Assembly: GCA_951406725.2 (NCBI GenBank)
Contig: OX597836.1
Span: 21,204,001-21,268,000 of the forward strand
Direction: 5' to 3'
Source of the DNA: Octopus vulgaris
Taxonomy: Eukaryota
Length of the DNA stretch: 64,000 bases
Below the pieces are notes generated by a model. That model searched no databases. It was not told where the DNA came from and saw only the letters and a list, made by a program, of their open reading frames with translations. Shown piece by piece: positions 53,643 to 64,000 of this stretch (positions within the stretch are counted from its first letter, which is position 1; each line of letters begins with the position of its first letter). The position numbers and the translations under genes were made by a program.

Positions 53643-53695
53643 ATGGCAGACGATGTGGAAATCGACGTCGAGGGAGATTTTGACTTCAAACTCGA
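53643..53695 (+). CDS. MYSM1: MYSM1 (SANT/SWIRM/MPN histone H2A deubiquitinase) coding exon 1 (MADDVEIDVEGDFDFKLE)
   Basis: AAAATGG start context, resembles the MYSM1 N-terminus 'DVDIEGD', and has a GTGAGT donor. Confidence 0.85.
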
Positions 53696-55941
53696 GTGAG
53701 TAATTTCTGTCTAGAATATGTCTTTGGAGACTAATTTTTTCATATTTGATGTCTTATAGTCGAAAGATAGTTACTGTGAGTTACTGAGATCTCTTATTTC
53801 ATTTCTGTTGGCTCCCAGCTTCTCACATTCGTCTGTAAACTGAGATTTGGCAGGTGTCCGTTCAACTTCAAAACATCAAATCAAAGTTTTAATTATTCTA
53901 TTTGATGATACGATTTTAATTACAAAACATTCTTTGTTATCATGGATTCATATCTAATAGATATATTTCTCGTTATTTAATTTGTTAATTCGAAAATCGA
54001 ATTTGTTTTCTCCCCAGTATTTCATAACTGCATGATAAAAACAAAAATAAAAGAATTAAAGAAATTTAATGTATCTTCAGTCGGGCTTTATTTTGTGTTT
54101 AGTTTGTTCGGTTCTCTGAATTATAATCCTGATTTAGCTTTTTGTCATTCTGGTGCCAAGTAAAATAAGAATTTGCAATATCTTCCCGAAGATATCAATG
54201 TAGCCGATTATAATGTTTAATCTAAAAAAGGGGAAAAAAATGCTTTGGTGATTGTCAAATGAAATCTGTTGCTTCACGTAAGGCCGGATAATTGGATGGA
54301 TTCTGTAAATTATCCTCTCTCTCTTTCTCTTTCTCTGTTGTTTATATACTAGGAGCACGTATTGATCGTGTGTCTAAGCAACCTCCAACATCAATATTTT
54401 GAAATTTGAATATTTGTTTATTTTTTGTTCTCTAATTTACCAGTAAGTGGATGCATATGAAAGGAATAACTGTCCATTACTCAGTTTTTATTCGTTGGCA
54501 CTTATTTTTAATAAAATCCTTTCTCCCCCAAATATTCAGATTCTTTACGAAAGACGAACAACGTTCTCGATTCGACAACAAATTAAATTTAATATTCATT
54601 TTGGTTTATGGTTACTAGTATAGATGAAGATGTTATAGTTTAACTCCAAGTCAGCCCTGATCTAGCAGACTTTTGCTCGAAAGCATTTCAGCTGTGATCC
54701 TCTTGTTTGTCTTTCTGTGTGTGTGATACAGGACTGCATTATTCAATTTGTAATTTTTTCTTTTTGTATGGTATGAGAAAGATTCAGCTGCTATTTCTAC
54801 AGATTAGAATTTTTTTCCTCTTTTTTTTATACATTGTGTCACCTGTCTCGTGAGATGAATACAAATAGTATGAATTTACCAGGAAAAGGTACGAAATTTG
54901 CTGGGAGGAGATGCCAAAGTGTAAAAAATTAAATTTGTTTGACTAAAGATGCTAAGTGAGCTAAGTGAAAGCTATTTTGAACATCCATCAATCAGAGTTT
55001 AGAGGCAGGTGTAATAGTAAAAATTTTTTTTTTTTTGAAAGGTGGATGGTATGGGAAAGATTCAGAAAGATAGCAGATCACCTAGAAGCTCTATATTTAA
55101 CATGAAATGAAAGAGTATTCTGAGAGTTAGTTGAGTTTGAGATGGAATTTTGATTCCAGTTTGTATCATTCCATTACACTTTGTTATTCTTTCTCATCAG
55201 GCCAAAGACATTTTGTTTTTTTTGTTATCTTGGAGGGTGATGTCCTGTTTCCCCCTCTTGTATCAGATCTCCAGTTAGTTTGACATGATCAACCAGCATT
55301 GTACTATCACAATACTCAACATTTCTTGAGGAAGGTGATAACAACGTGTAATGGAATGATACAAAGTGAAATCAAAATATATACACTGAATATACATAAT
55401 CTTTATCCGCATTGTTTTATGCCCACTTTTCATGCTGGCATGGATTGGATGAAGACTGCTTCTTGCTTGCATTTCATTTTTGGAATGATTTCTATAGCTA
55501 GACATCCTAATACTATCTATTTTACAGAATGTACTTGGTGTGTTTTTCATGGAACCAGTACTAGAGAGGTAGGCATGTCCTTGACATGACTATTCTAGCC
55601 TGTGTGGGTGGTAGACTTAATCCATCACCACCACATGGTCCTAGGTTGCTTTTAGCAAAGGTGTCCATTCTGTTGTTGTAAGAATTTAAGTCAGGTCTGC
55701 AGTTTGAGGATATCTTCCTCCATCCTTCTCTTCAATCTTGAAGGCTGTTCAAAAGTCTTAAAAAACATTCCTTTTCCCTTAGTGCAAAGAAATCATGAAA
55801 GATTGTCTTTTGAAGATTGTAAAGATGTGTTTTTAAAGGAAATCTGTCTGCCATTATTAAAAGATTGATTGAAAACCCATTCTTTGTTTGTGATTTGAAT
55901 GTTTAATTTCTTGTTTTTTCTTTTCATGTTCTCGTTTTTAG

Positions 55942-56038
55942 ACCAAATGGAATCATTGCATATGATGTTAATGAGTTACCATCGAAAAGTGCCAATCTGT
56001 TACCAGAATACACCAATCCTCCATGGATGTTGGAACAA
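55942..56038 (+). CDS. MYSM1: MYSM1 exon 2 (PNGIIAYDVNELPSKSANLLPEYTNPPWMLEQ)
   Basis: Long pyrimidine tract plus TTTAG, GTAGGT donor, open and phase-compatible (2/0). Confidence 0.8.
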
Positions 56039-57245
56039 GTAGGTTGTTGTTGTTAATATGTCTTGTTTATAGATTCTTATGTTGCGAAAAAACATCAGAT
56101 GATGTTGATAAGGATGCTGATAGCACCTCACTCCCAATAAACGGTAATTGCTCAGTCTTCTTGAAGTTCTGGATCTGCCATATATACAGCTTTAAGAAAT
56201 GGTGACTGGAGTGAAGCTAATCAACATAGATTAAACAAAAACTGGATTATGAGTCATCATATCCTTGTCCTTTTTTCCCCTGCTGGCTTGGGTTGGATGA
56301 TACAGCAGGAACTGACCAACCATGGGACTGCACTGAGCTCCAACATGCTTTGGCATGGTTTATACAGCTGGATGTCTTTCATAATGCCAGCCACATTTTT
56401 CATGGCACCAGCATCCATGGTTATGAATATTTAACTGAATGTTTATTCAATACAGTATCAATGAATACAGAGATTATTACACGTGTATAATTTTTTTAAT
56501 TGTTTCTACAGTCAATTATTGCATATTTCTTTTAATTTGTTCAGCTTTTCTTTATTCTGTCTGTGAAATGCATATACAAAGCTTTGGTTGGCCCAGGCTA
56601 TAATAGAAGCCACTTGCCCAAGGTGCCATGAAGTAGGACTGAACCAAAGACCACATGGTTGGGAAACAAGCTTCTTAACCACATAGCCATCGTTTTTTAT
56701 GTATCTACTTTTTCTATCCGAGCATTGGTTGGATGAGACTGAGGAATTACAACCGTGTTTCATGGTCTGCTACCACAACAGCTCCTTTATAGGATCCAGT
56801 TAGCTCAAGACATCATCAGGAGGAACCACATCCGGTTTCGGCCCCTACTACTCTACTGTTTTGATATGGCGCCCTCCCCCTTTCAGAGGTGTCTTCAGCT
56901 CACGTGACACTGTCTCACCTTAACTGACCAGTGAAGGCGCATAGTTTTAGCTCGCGCATTCTCTAAACAACCGTCACCTGTCGGCTTGTCTCACCTAATG
57001 ATGTTATTTGCTGCTGGCATGATATGACTTTCAAGCCATTTTCGGTCTTCCTGCTTGAGCCATATATAGAAGCTGGCTTTTTCGACCGCCTCCTGTACTC
57101 TCCTTATTAGTTTTAATGCATGCCTTAGCTTCATTACTATGGCAACAGTCCAGATACTTATTGATCAGACCACACATATAATGTATGTGTGTGTGTACGG
57201 TATATTATATGCATATTACATTTGCTTTTAACTTTCTTTTTCTAG

Positions 57246-57316
57246 GGGTGGACTTTGGACAGTTGTATGGATGAAAAGTCGAAAGCCACAATTGAGAAAA
57301 TGTTACAAGAAGAACA
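57246..57316 (+). CDS. MYSM1: MYSM1 exon 3 (GWTLDSCMDEKSKATIEKMLQEEQ)
   Basis: Matches MYSM1 '[23 protein letters not shown]'. Ends at a U12 donor GTATCCTTT. Confidence 0.92.
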
Positions 57317-57697
57317 GTATCCTTTTGTTAATACACACAAAAAACATACAGGCTATACACCATTCTGTTATTGAAACATCAAAGTCCTTACCGGCCTATC
57401 ATCAGCTTAATGTCTACTTTTCTGTGCTAGCAGTGTCAGGTGGACCTTGTTGAGATAGATTTTCTATGGTTCGAAGCCTTTCCTGTCACCAATTCTGACT
57501 TGTTTTTAAGCAAGACGATATTTCCCTATGACTGGACTTGTTTTTCACGAAAGATTGAAAGCAAATGACACTAAACACATACACATACTCATGTCTTGCA
57601 CACACACACGCACGCATGCGTGCACACACACACGTACTTGTACAAGGTGGGCTACATTATTATTATTCATTTTGTTCATCATGTACAAGTATGTGTA

Positions 57698-58134
57698 TAC
57701 TCTTTACTCTCTCTTTCTCACTCTTTTACTTGTTTCAGTCATGTGACTGTGGCCATGCTGGAGCACTGCCTTTAGTCGAGCAAATCGACCCCCAGGACTT
57801 ATTCTTTGCAAGCCTAGTACTTATTCTATCGGTCTCTTTTGCCGAACTGCTAAGTTACGGGGACATAAACACACCAGCATCGGTTGTCAAGCGATGTTGG
57901 GGGACACAAACACAACACACAAACATACACACACATATATATATATACATATATACGACGGGCTTCTTTCAGTTTCCGTCTACCAGTCATTTTTTTCCAT
58001 TTTAATGCATTATTTCGCTACCAAATCCACTATCACGGCTTTGGTCGGCCCAAGGCTATAGTAGAAGACACTTGCCCAAGGTGCCACGCAGTGGGACTGA
58101 ACCCAGAACCATGTGGTTGGTAAGCAAGCTACTT
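57698..58134 (-). mobile_element. SINE family A inside the MYSM1 U12 intron
   Basis: Same consensus as 44105-44518, with a 32-bp foreign insertion at 57986-58017. Confidence 0.85.
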
Positions 58135-58411
58135 CATCATTATTTTATTTTTTTTATTCAATTTTAGAAAAATTAAAGCATGTCTTAGACAAATCTGGAG
58201 TATACAGGACTTATTTTTGTGCATGACTTTTGGCCCACCCTGTATATGATGAGCTTATTGCTTCAGTTTCCATCTAACAAATCCACTGACAAGGATTTAG
58301 TCAGCTTAGAGCTATTATATAATAAATCTGCCTATGATGCCACAGACTGGAACTGAACCCAGAACCATGTAGTTGGAAAGTGAACTTTCTTAGTTACACA
58401 GCCGTTGGTAA

Positions 58412-58791
58412 ACTTTATATATAAAAGAGAGGTTGTGTGTCTGTCTCCTACGATTTAGATTCCTAACTACTCCCACATTTTGCGGTGCAGTTTAACCAAA
58501 ACCGGATATCTTATAGTCGTGATTCATATCGAGCCCTTCTGGGTATTAGTGCGCGTCTACGATGAGTCTACGATTTAAAAAAAAATTTACCTTCATTTTT
58601 TTCGCTATTATATAAGGGAAGTAACTCTCTAAAAATGTCTATGATGAGTCAACGATTTAAAAAAAAAAAAAACCATCATTTTTTTTCCATTTTTAATGCA
58701 TTTTTTTGCTAATTTTTGGCTATAACTCTCTAAAAATGCTTATATAGTTATTTCCCTTACAAACCCGAGCAATGCCGGGCGATACTGCTAG
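58412..58791 (+). mobile_element. Non-autonomous Helitron
   Basis: 5' CTTTATATATAAAA; 3' GC-rich hairpin CCCGAGCAATGCCGGG (58764-58779); then CTAG|T (58788-58792). No TIR or TSD. Confidence 0.75.
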
Positions 58792-58968
58792 TGTTTTATA
58801 ATAGTTTAATTGAGTAAGGAGTGGGCTTTGCACTCATAACCCTTTTTTTATGGTGTTAAGGTGTGATTTTGAAGCCTTATTTAGTTGGTAGTTCTAGGAA
58901 AGAGGAACACTGCAAAGAAATTCCCCTGTTGGTTTGCATTTCAAGGTGTTTTCTTTCAATGTGTTAAG

Positions 58969-59101
58969 ATATTACATGAATGGAAAAGGTGTTGCCAAAA
59001 TGATTCATGAAAAATCGCCAAAAACTCCTGTCAAACGCAAACCAGTAACTAACAAGAAGTTATGGACAGTCGATGAGAAGAAACTCTTTCAACAAGGATT
59101 G
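58969..59101 (+). CDS. MYSM1: MYSM1 exon 4 (YYMNGK...WTVDEKKLFQQGL; start of SANT domain)
   Basis: SANT/Myb helix 1 'WTxxEKxLFxQGL' and GTGAGT donor. Confidence 0.93.
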
Positions 59102-59221
59102 GTGAGTCTAAAACCTTGTTTGTTTGATTTATTCATTATCTCTTTTATCTTTTCTTTGTTTCAGTCACTAGATTGCGGCCATGCTGGGGCAATGCTTTGA
59201 GAGGTTTAGTTGAACAAATTG

Positions 59222-59616
59222 ACTCTCTTACTCTTTTACTTGTTTCAGTCATTTGACTGCGGCCATGCTGGAGCACCGCCTTTAATTGAGCAACTCGACC
59301 CCAGGACTTATTCTTTTGTAAGCCCAGTACTTATTCTATCGGTCTCTTTTGCCGAACCGCTAAGTAACGGGGACATAAACACACCAGCATCAGTTGTCAA
59401 GTAATGCTAGGGGGACAAACACACACACGCATATATATATATACACATACATATGACAGGCTTCTTTCAGTTTCCGTCTACCAAATCCACTCACAAGACT
59501 TTGGTCGGCCCAAGGCTATAGTAGAAGACACTGGCCCAAGGTGCCACGCAGTGGGACTGAACCCGAAACCATGTGGTTGGTAAACAAGCTACTTATCACA
59601 CAGCCACTCCTACGCC
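59222..59616 (-). mobile_element. SINE family A
   Basis: Same consensus as 44105-44518. Confidence 0.85.
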
Positions 59617-60639
59617 TCAGAATTTATTTTTTAAGTCTGGTACTTTGCTGAACCACTAAGTACAGGGATGTAAACAAACCAACATTGGTTATCAAGTGGT
59701 GGGTGAATAAATGCAAATGTGAAGAAACACATGCACACACACACACACACATAACAGACTTCCACACTGTTTGCCTCTGTCCTATTCATTCAGAAGGCAA
59801 ATGCATTGGTCAGCCCAGGGTCATAAGATAAAACATTTGCCTAAAGTGCAGCACAGCCTGCTTGCACCTATTTTCATTTTTTTAAATTTTTCTTAATCTC
59901 TTGCTCAGTCTTGCTGCACAGTGCATTGCTGCAGCTGCCTTCCTCTCTGTTGGGCCATAAAAGTTTCTTCTGCAGTGTCTGCCAGATTCATTCTTTACAT
60001 GTGTAGATAAGTAAGCCCTAACTCACCTGTTGGCTACCCTCACCTTCCAGTTGAAATGGTTTACCAGGATGTGACTCATTGAATGCAAACAGCTACTCGG
60101 AGCCACAGATGAGAGTTGGGAGCGAGGTGGAGACTAAAAAGGACAAATCATCGCTAAAAGTGTGACAGATTCCCTTACTGTCAAAGGTACTACCTGACAG
60201 CCCATACACATATATACTTAAATGATGAAATTATGCACAATTTTTGTCAGCAAAATTTTATTTCACTCACAAAGCCATTGGTCTATCTTGTACTACATTA
60301 TCCTACTTGTCTCTTCTTTTTAAAGAATTCTGTAGTATATAATTTGAGAGAGATTTGACTGCTGTTTCATCCTGGTTGAGAGGTTACATAGAGGCTCTCT
60401 TGTTGATTCATTTTGTTAAGAGTAACTTGATTATCGTTTTTCCTGCAGATAGCGTCTCTGAGATATCTCTATCAGTAGCTTATCCTTCTAAAAGCTTGTT
60501 AAAAGCTCCCTGAACTTCTCTGCCCTTTTCTTACTCCACATCGTTTTGCTTTCATTCAATTTTACTGGATAATTCTTTTTTCTAATTTTATGTTTTTTTG
60601 CTTTTCTTTTCTGATTTTTTTTTTTTTTTTGTATTTTAG

Positions 60640-60738
60640 GAGCTCTATGGAAGGAGTTGGAAAAAAATTGCTCTTCTCATTCCTGAAAGAACGAGTTTAC
60701 AAGTGAAGAATTATGCACAGCACTATTTTAAGAATATG
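60640..60738 (+). CDS. MYSM1: MYSM1 exon 5 ([33 protein letters not shown]; SANT domain)
   Basis: Matches '[31 protein letters not shown]'. Poly-T plus AG acceptor, GTATGT donor. Confidence 0.95.
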
Positions 60739-61015
60739 GTATGTTGTATTTAAAAAGTATCCTTAGCTGTGAGTCTTTATAAGGTGCGTAGCCATACAGG
60801 TGAGCCTGTACAGTATGTGCGTGTTTATGAGTTTGCATAATCTTATTTGCTAACTTGAAAGTAAACTTAGGTTACCTTCTATTTCAACATTCACTGCACA
60901 TGGAAAAAAAAAATATGTGTGCCATACATAAGGCTGCTATGTTTACTGGCATCAGTTGGATTTGGCATCATCCATAATAATAATAATAATAATAATGAAA
61001 TTATTGTATACAATA

Positions 61016-61397
61016 GGCGCAGGAGTGGCTGTGTGGTAAGTAGCTTGCTAACCAACCACATGGCTCCGGGTTCATGGGCAAGTGTCTTCTGCTATAGCCC
61101 CGGGCCGACCAATGCCTTGTGAGTGGATTTGGTAGACGGAAACTGAAAGAAGCCTATCGTATATATGTATATATATATATGTGTGTGTGTTTGTCCCCCT
61201 AGCATTGCTTGACAACCGATGCTGGTGTGTTTACGTCCCCGTCACTTAGCGGTTCAGCAAAAGAGACCGATAGAATAAGTACTGGGCTTACAAAGAATAA
61301 GTCCCGGGGTCGATTTGCTCGACTAAAGGCGGTGCTCCAGCATGGCCGCAGTCAAATGACTGAAACAAGTAAAAGATAAAAGAAAAGATAAAGATAA
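61016..61397 (+). mobile_element. SINE family A
   Basis: Same consensus as 44105-44518, with a short deletion in the head. Confidence 0.85.
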
Positions 61398-62741
61398 GTG
61401 CTCAGGTGCACCACAAAGGTAAGGTTTGTGGCCTAGTGGTAAGGGTGTTGCACTCACAATCACAAGACGGTAGTTTTGATTCCTGGACCGGGCATTGCAT
61501 TGTGTTATTGAACAGAACACTTCATTTCGTATTGCTCGAGTCCATTCAGCTGTAAATGAGTGACCATATGTTGGACCAGCATCCCATTTCAGGGGAATAT
61601 TGTGATCTTGATCACTTATACACCATGGAAACCAAGTACCTGGCCTTGTGAGTCCTAGGACTTGAGGCCCTAGTGTCCAGGGATTGTTCGTGATAAGCAC
61701 GACAACCCAGCAAATGTGCTTTCATTAGGAAAAAGAGTTGGAAAGTGAAGAAAATGGGAATACAAGAGAAAGTAAAAGAATACTTATTGTTTGGTGATTA
61801 ACCCTTTAGCATTCAGGTTACTCAGTCAAATGTAATCCTTATTTATTCCCATTGTTTTGAATTAATCTTGCATTATATTTTACCACCGTGCCGGTAGCAC
61901 GTAAAAGGCACCATCTGACCGTGGCCGTTTGCCAGCCCCGTCTGGCACCTGGCATGTAAAAAGCACCCACTACACTCACAGAGTGGTTGGCATTAGGAAG
62001 GGCATCCAGCCGTAGAAACATTGCCAGATCAGACTGGGCCTGGTGCAGCCTTCTGGCTTCCCAGACCCCAGTTGAACCGTCCAACCCATGCTAGCATGGA
62101 AAGCGGATGCTAAATGATGATGATGATTTGAGATTTCAATGATATGATTGCTTATTTTTAGAATGACATTGTAGGGTAGATGGGAGAAGCCAGATCTGGC
62201 TGGTCTGAACATAAAAGACACCGATTCCTCTATCATGCTTTCATATCCTTCAGTATTGTACCCTGCTCAGTTAAGAGGGCTTTGTCTTGCAGGTACTTCA
62301 TGACCTCAATAGTGCTGGTGCTATACAAAACAGCACCCAGTGCATTCTGTAAAAAGTGGTTGATACTAGGAAGGGCATCCAGCTGTAAAAACCATGCCAA
62401 AGCAGACATTGAAGTTCAGTGTAGCCTTCAGGCTTGTCAGTCCTGATGATTCTTTCAGTTTCCTTCCATTAAATCCACTCACAAGGCTTTGGTTAACTCA
62501 AGGCTGTAGTAGAAGCTACTTGCCCAAAGTACAGTATCATGGAACTGAATCCAAAACTACATATGGTTGGAACTAAGCATCTTAACCACACAGTCATACC
62601 TATTCCTCTTTTCTCATCAGAATAAATTAGTAATTAGCCTTTCTTTAATATCTTAAAGGCTACTTACTCTATTTTTGGTTTTTGGTATGTTTTGCTATAT
62701 TATTTTCTTATTTCTTCTTCTTATTACAAATTTTAATCTAG

Positions 62742-63441
62742 TTGAAACAAAAGCCTAATGTATCAGAGAAGCCGATAAGTTTGCTGCAGCATAATTCAAT
62801 CAAAGACCCTCTGTCAACCACTCTAGCATCTGTGACCACAGCACAACCCACTGTTTATACTGTTAATACAAAGAGGAAAAAGCCTCCTTCCCATCAAAAT
62901 GGTATGGTGTCACCACCTTGTAGTGTTGTTGTCAACTCCATGGACTTGATATCTGTTAACAGCGACAAGATGAACATCTCCATCACCAACCTTGATGTTC
63001 TGACTCCACTTGACCAAAACAAAGCCACATTGAATAGTGAGTCTGAGGATGAAGACATTGATGTTGACATTGAAAGTGTGGATAACTTGGAAAACAACCA
63101 AGTCTTGAACAATCGGTCAGCATCTCCAAACTCTGTCTATTTCGCACTTTTGAAGTCTGCCAACATCAAGAAACAGAATTGTGCAAAAGTGAAAAAGAAA
63201 CTGCCTCCGTCTAATCCAGTCTGCATTAATGTAGCCCAGACCTGTGTCAATGGGAATTCATTGGTGAAACCTGATCCTGTGGTGTCATTGGCACAACCCT
63301 GTCCTCAGCCTGTTGATAATGATGCAGCTCCTGGTCCCGAAATTGACTGTGATACAGATATGACAAAGAACCCACAAGATGAGGAACTGGCTTCACCAGC
63401 TGTAGATGAAACAGAGGAAATGGATAATTTTGACAGCCTTT
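62742..63441 (+). CDS. MYSM1: MYSM1 exon 6 (long acidic/Pro-rich linker; SWIRM and MPN exons expected beyond the window)
   Basis: 700-nt open exon in phase 0 after the SANT exon, with CTAG acceptor and GTAAGT donor at 63442. Confidence 0.85.
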
Positions 63442-64000
63442 GTAAGTTTAATCTTGTTTCTATGATTATTCTAATAAATTATTATTTTTCTGTTTACTTC
63501 ACTTTTTATACTAAATGCATGCAGGTATGGTTGTATGGTTAAGAACTTTGTTTTGCAATAATGCGACCCCTCCACACTTCCTGGTTCAATCCTACTGTTT
63601 GACATCTTGTCCAAGTGGTTTTATCTATAGCCCCAGTTCAACCCAGAAGAGATGGGAACAGGAAGTCTGTCAGATGGACTAGGTCTGCTGTCAATGGACT
63701 TAATCTAGCATCTGATTCAACACCACACTTGGCCCTTTACCTGTTTAATAGGGACCACTCTGTTACAAGCATTTGGGCCACATTCTAATGCTGAAGATAT
63801 CAAGATCTTATTTTCCCATCAACCAGTCTTGGAAGTCCTGCAAAAGGGTCACGAGTATGGTTCTTATTCTGCTAAGATATGGTGGCTGGTGGGTATGTGG
63901 TTAAGAAGTTTGTTTTGGAACCACATGATCTTGGGTTCAGTTCTGCTGTGAAGTATCTTCAGCAAATGTCTTCCACTATAGCATTGGGCTGACCAACATG

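Larger units (their letters stand above)
57317..58968 (+). other. U12-type GT-AG intron (MYSM1 intron 3, 1652 bp)
   Basis: Donor GTATCCTTTT. A branch-point-like TTCTTTCAAT (58951-58960) lies 8 nt before the TAAG end, with no pyrimidine tract between. Restores EEQYY. Confidence 0.8.

Noticed and set aside
62742-63542. Standalone 266-aa gene
   Set aside because: It begins at TTG right after an AG acceptor and has a donor at 63442; it is an internal MYSM1 exon.

Overview
AT-rich, repeat-dense animal genomic DNA. Its SINE and LINE families look like those of coleoid cephalopods, most likely Octopus (inferred, not database-checked). I rebuilt two + strand protein-coding genes by hand. The first is a complete 6-exon TM2D1 (16941-31728, about 225 aa). 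The second is the first six exons of MYSM1 (53643-63441), which runs out of the window. Each gene has a minor-spliceosome (U12-type) intron. The 8-kb TM2D1 intron 1 has non-canonical AT-AA ends, with a perfect ATATCCTTT donor and TTCCTTAAC branch point. MYSM1 intron 3 is GT-AG with a GTATCCTTT donor. A third gene on the - strand probably has untranslated first exon(s) in the left 15 kb. The rest is tRNA-derived SINEs, RTE and CR1 LINE fragments, MITEs (hAT, piggyBac, Tc1/mariner and Merlin/MULE-like), a solo LTR, a non-autonomous Helitron, long foldback palindromes beside (TA)n runs, degenerate hammerhead-ribozyme-like motifs and microsatellites. Almost all ORF-track entries are repeat artefacts.
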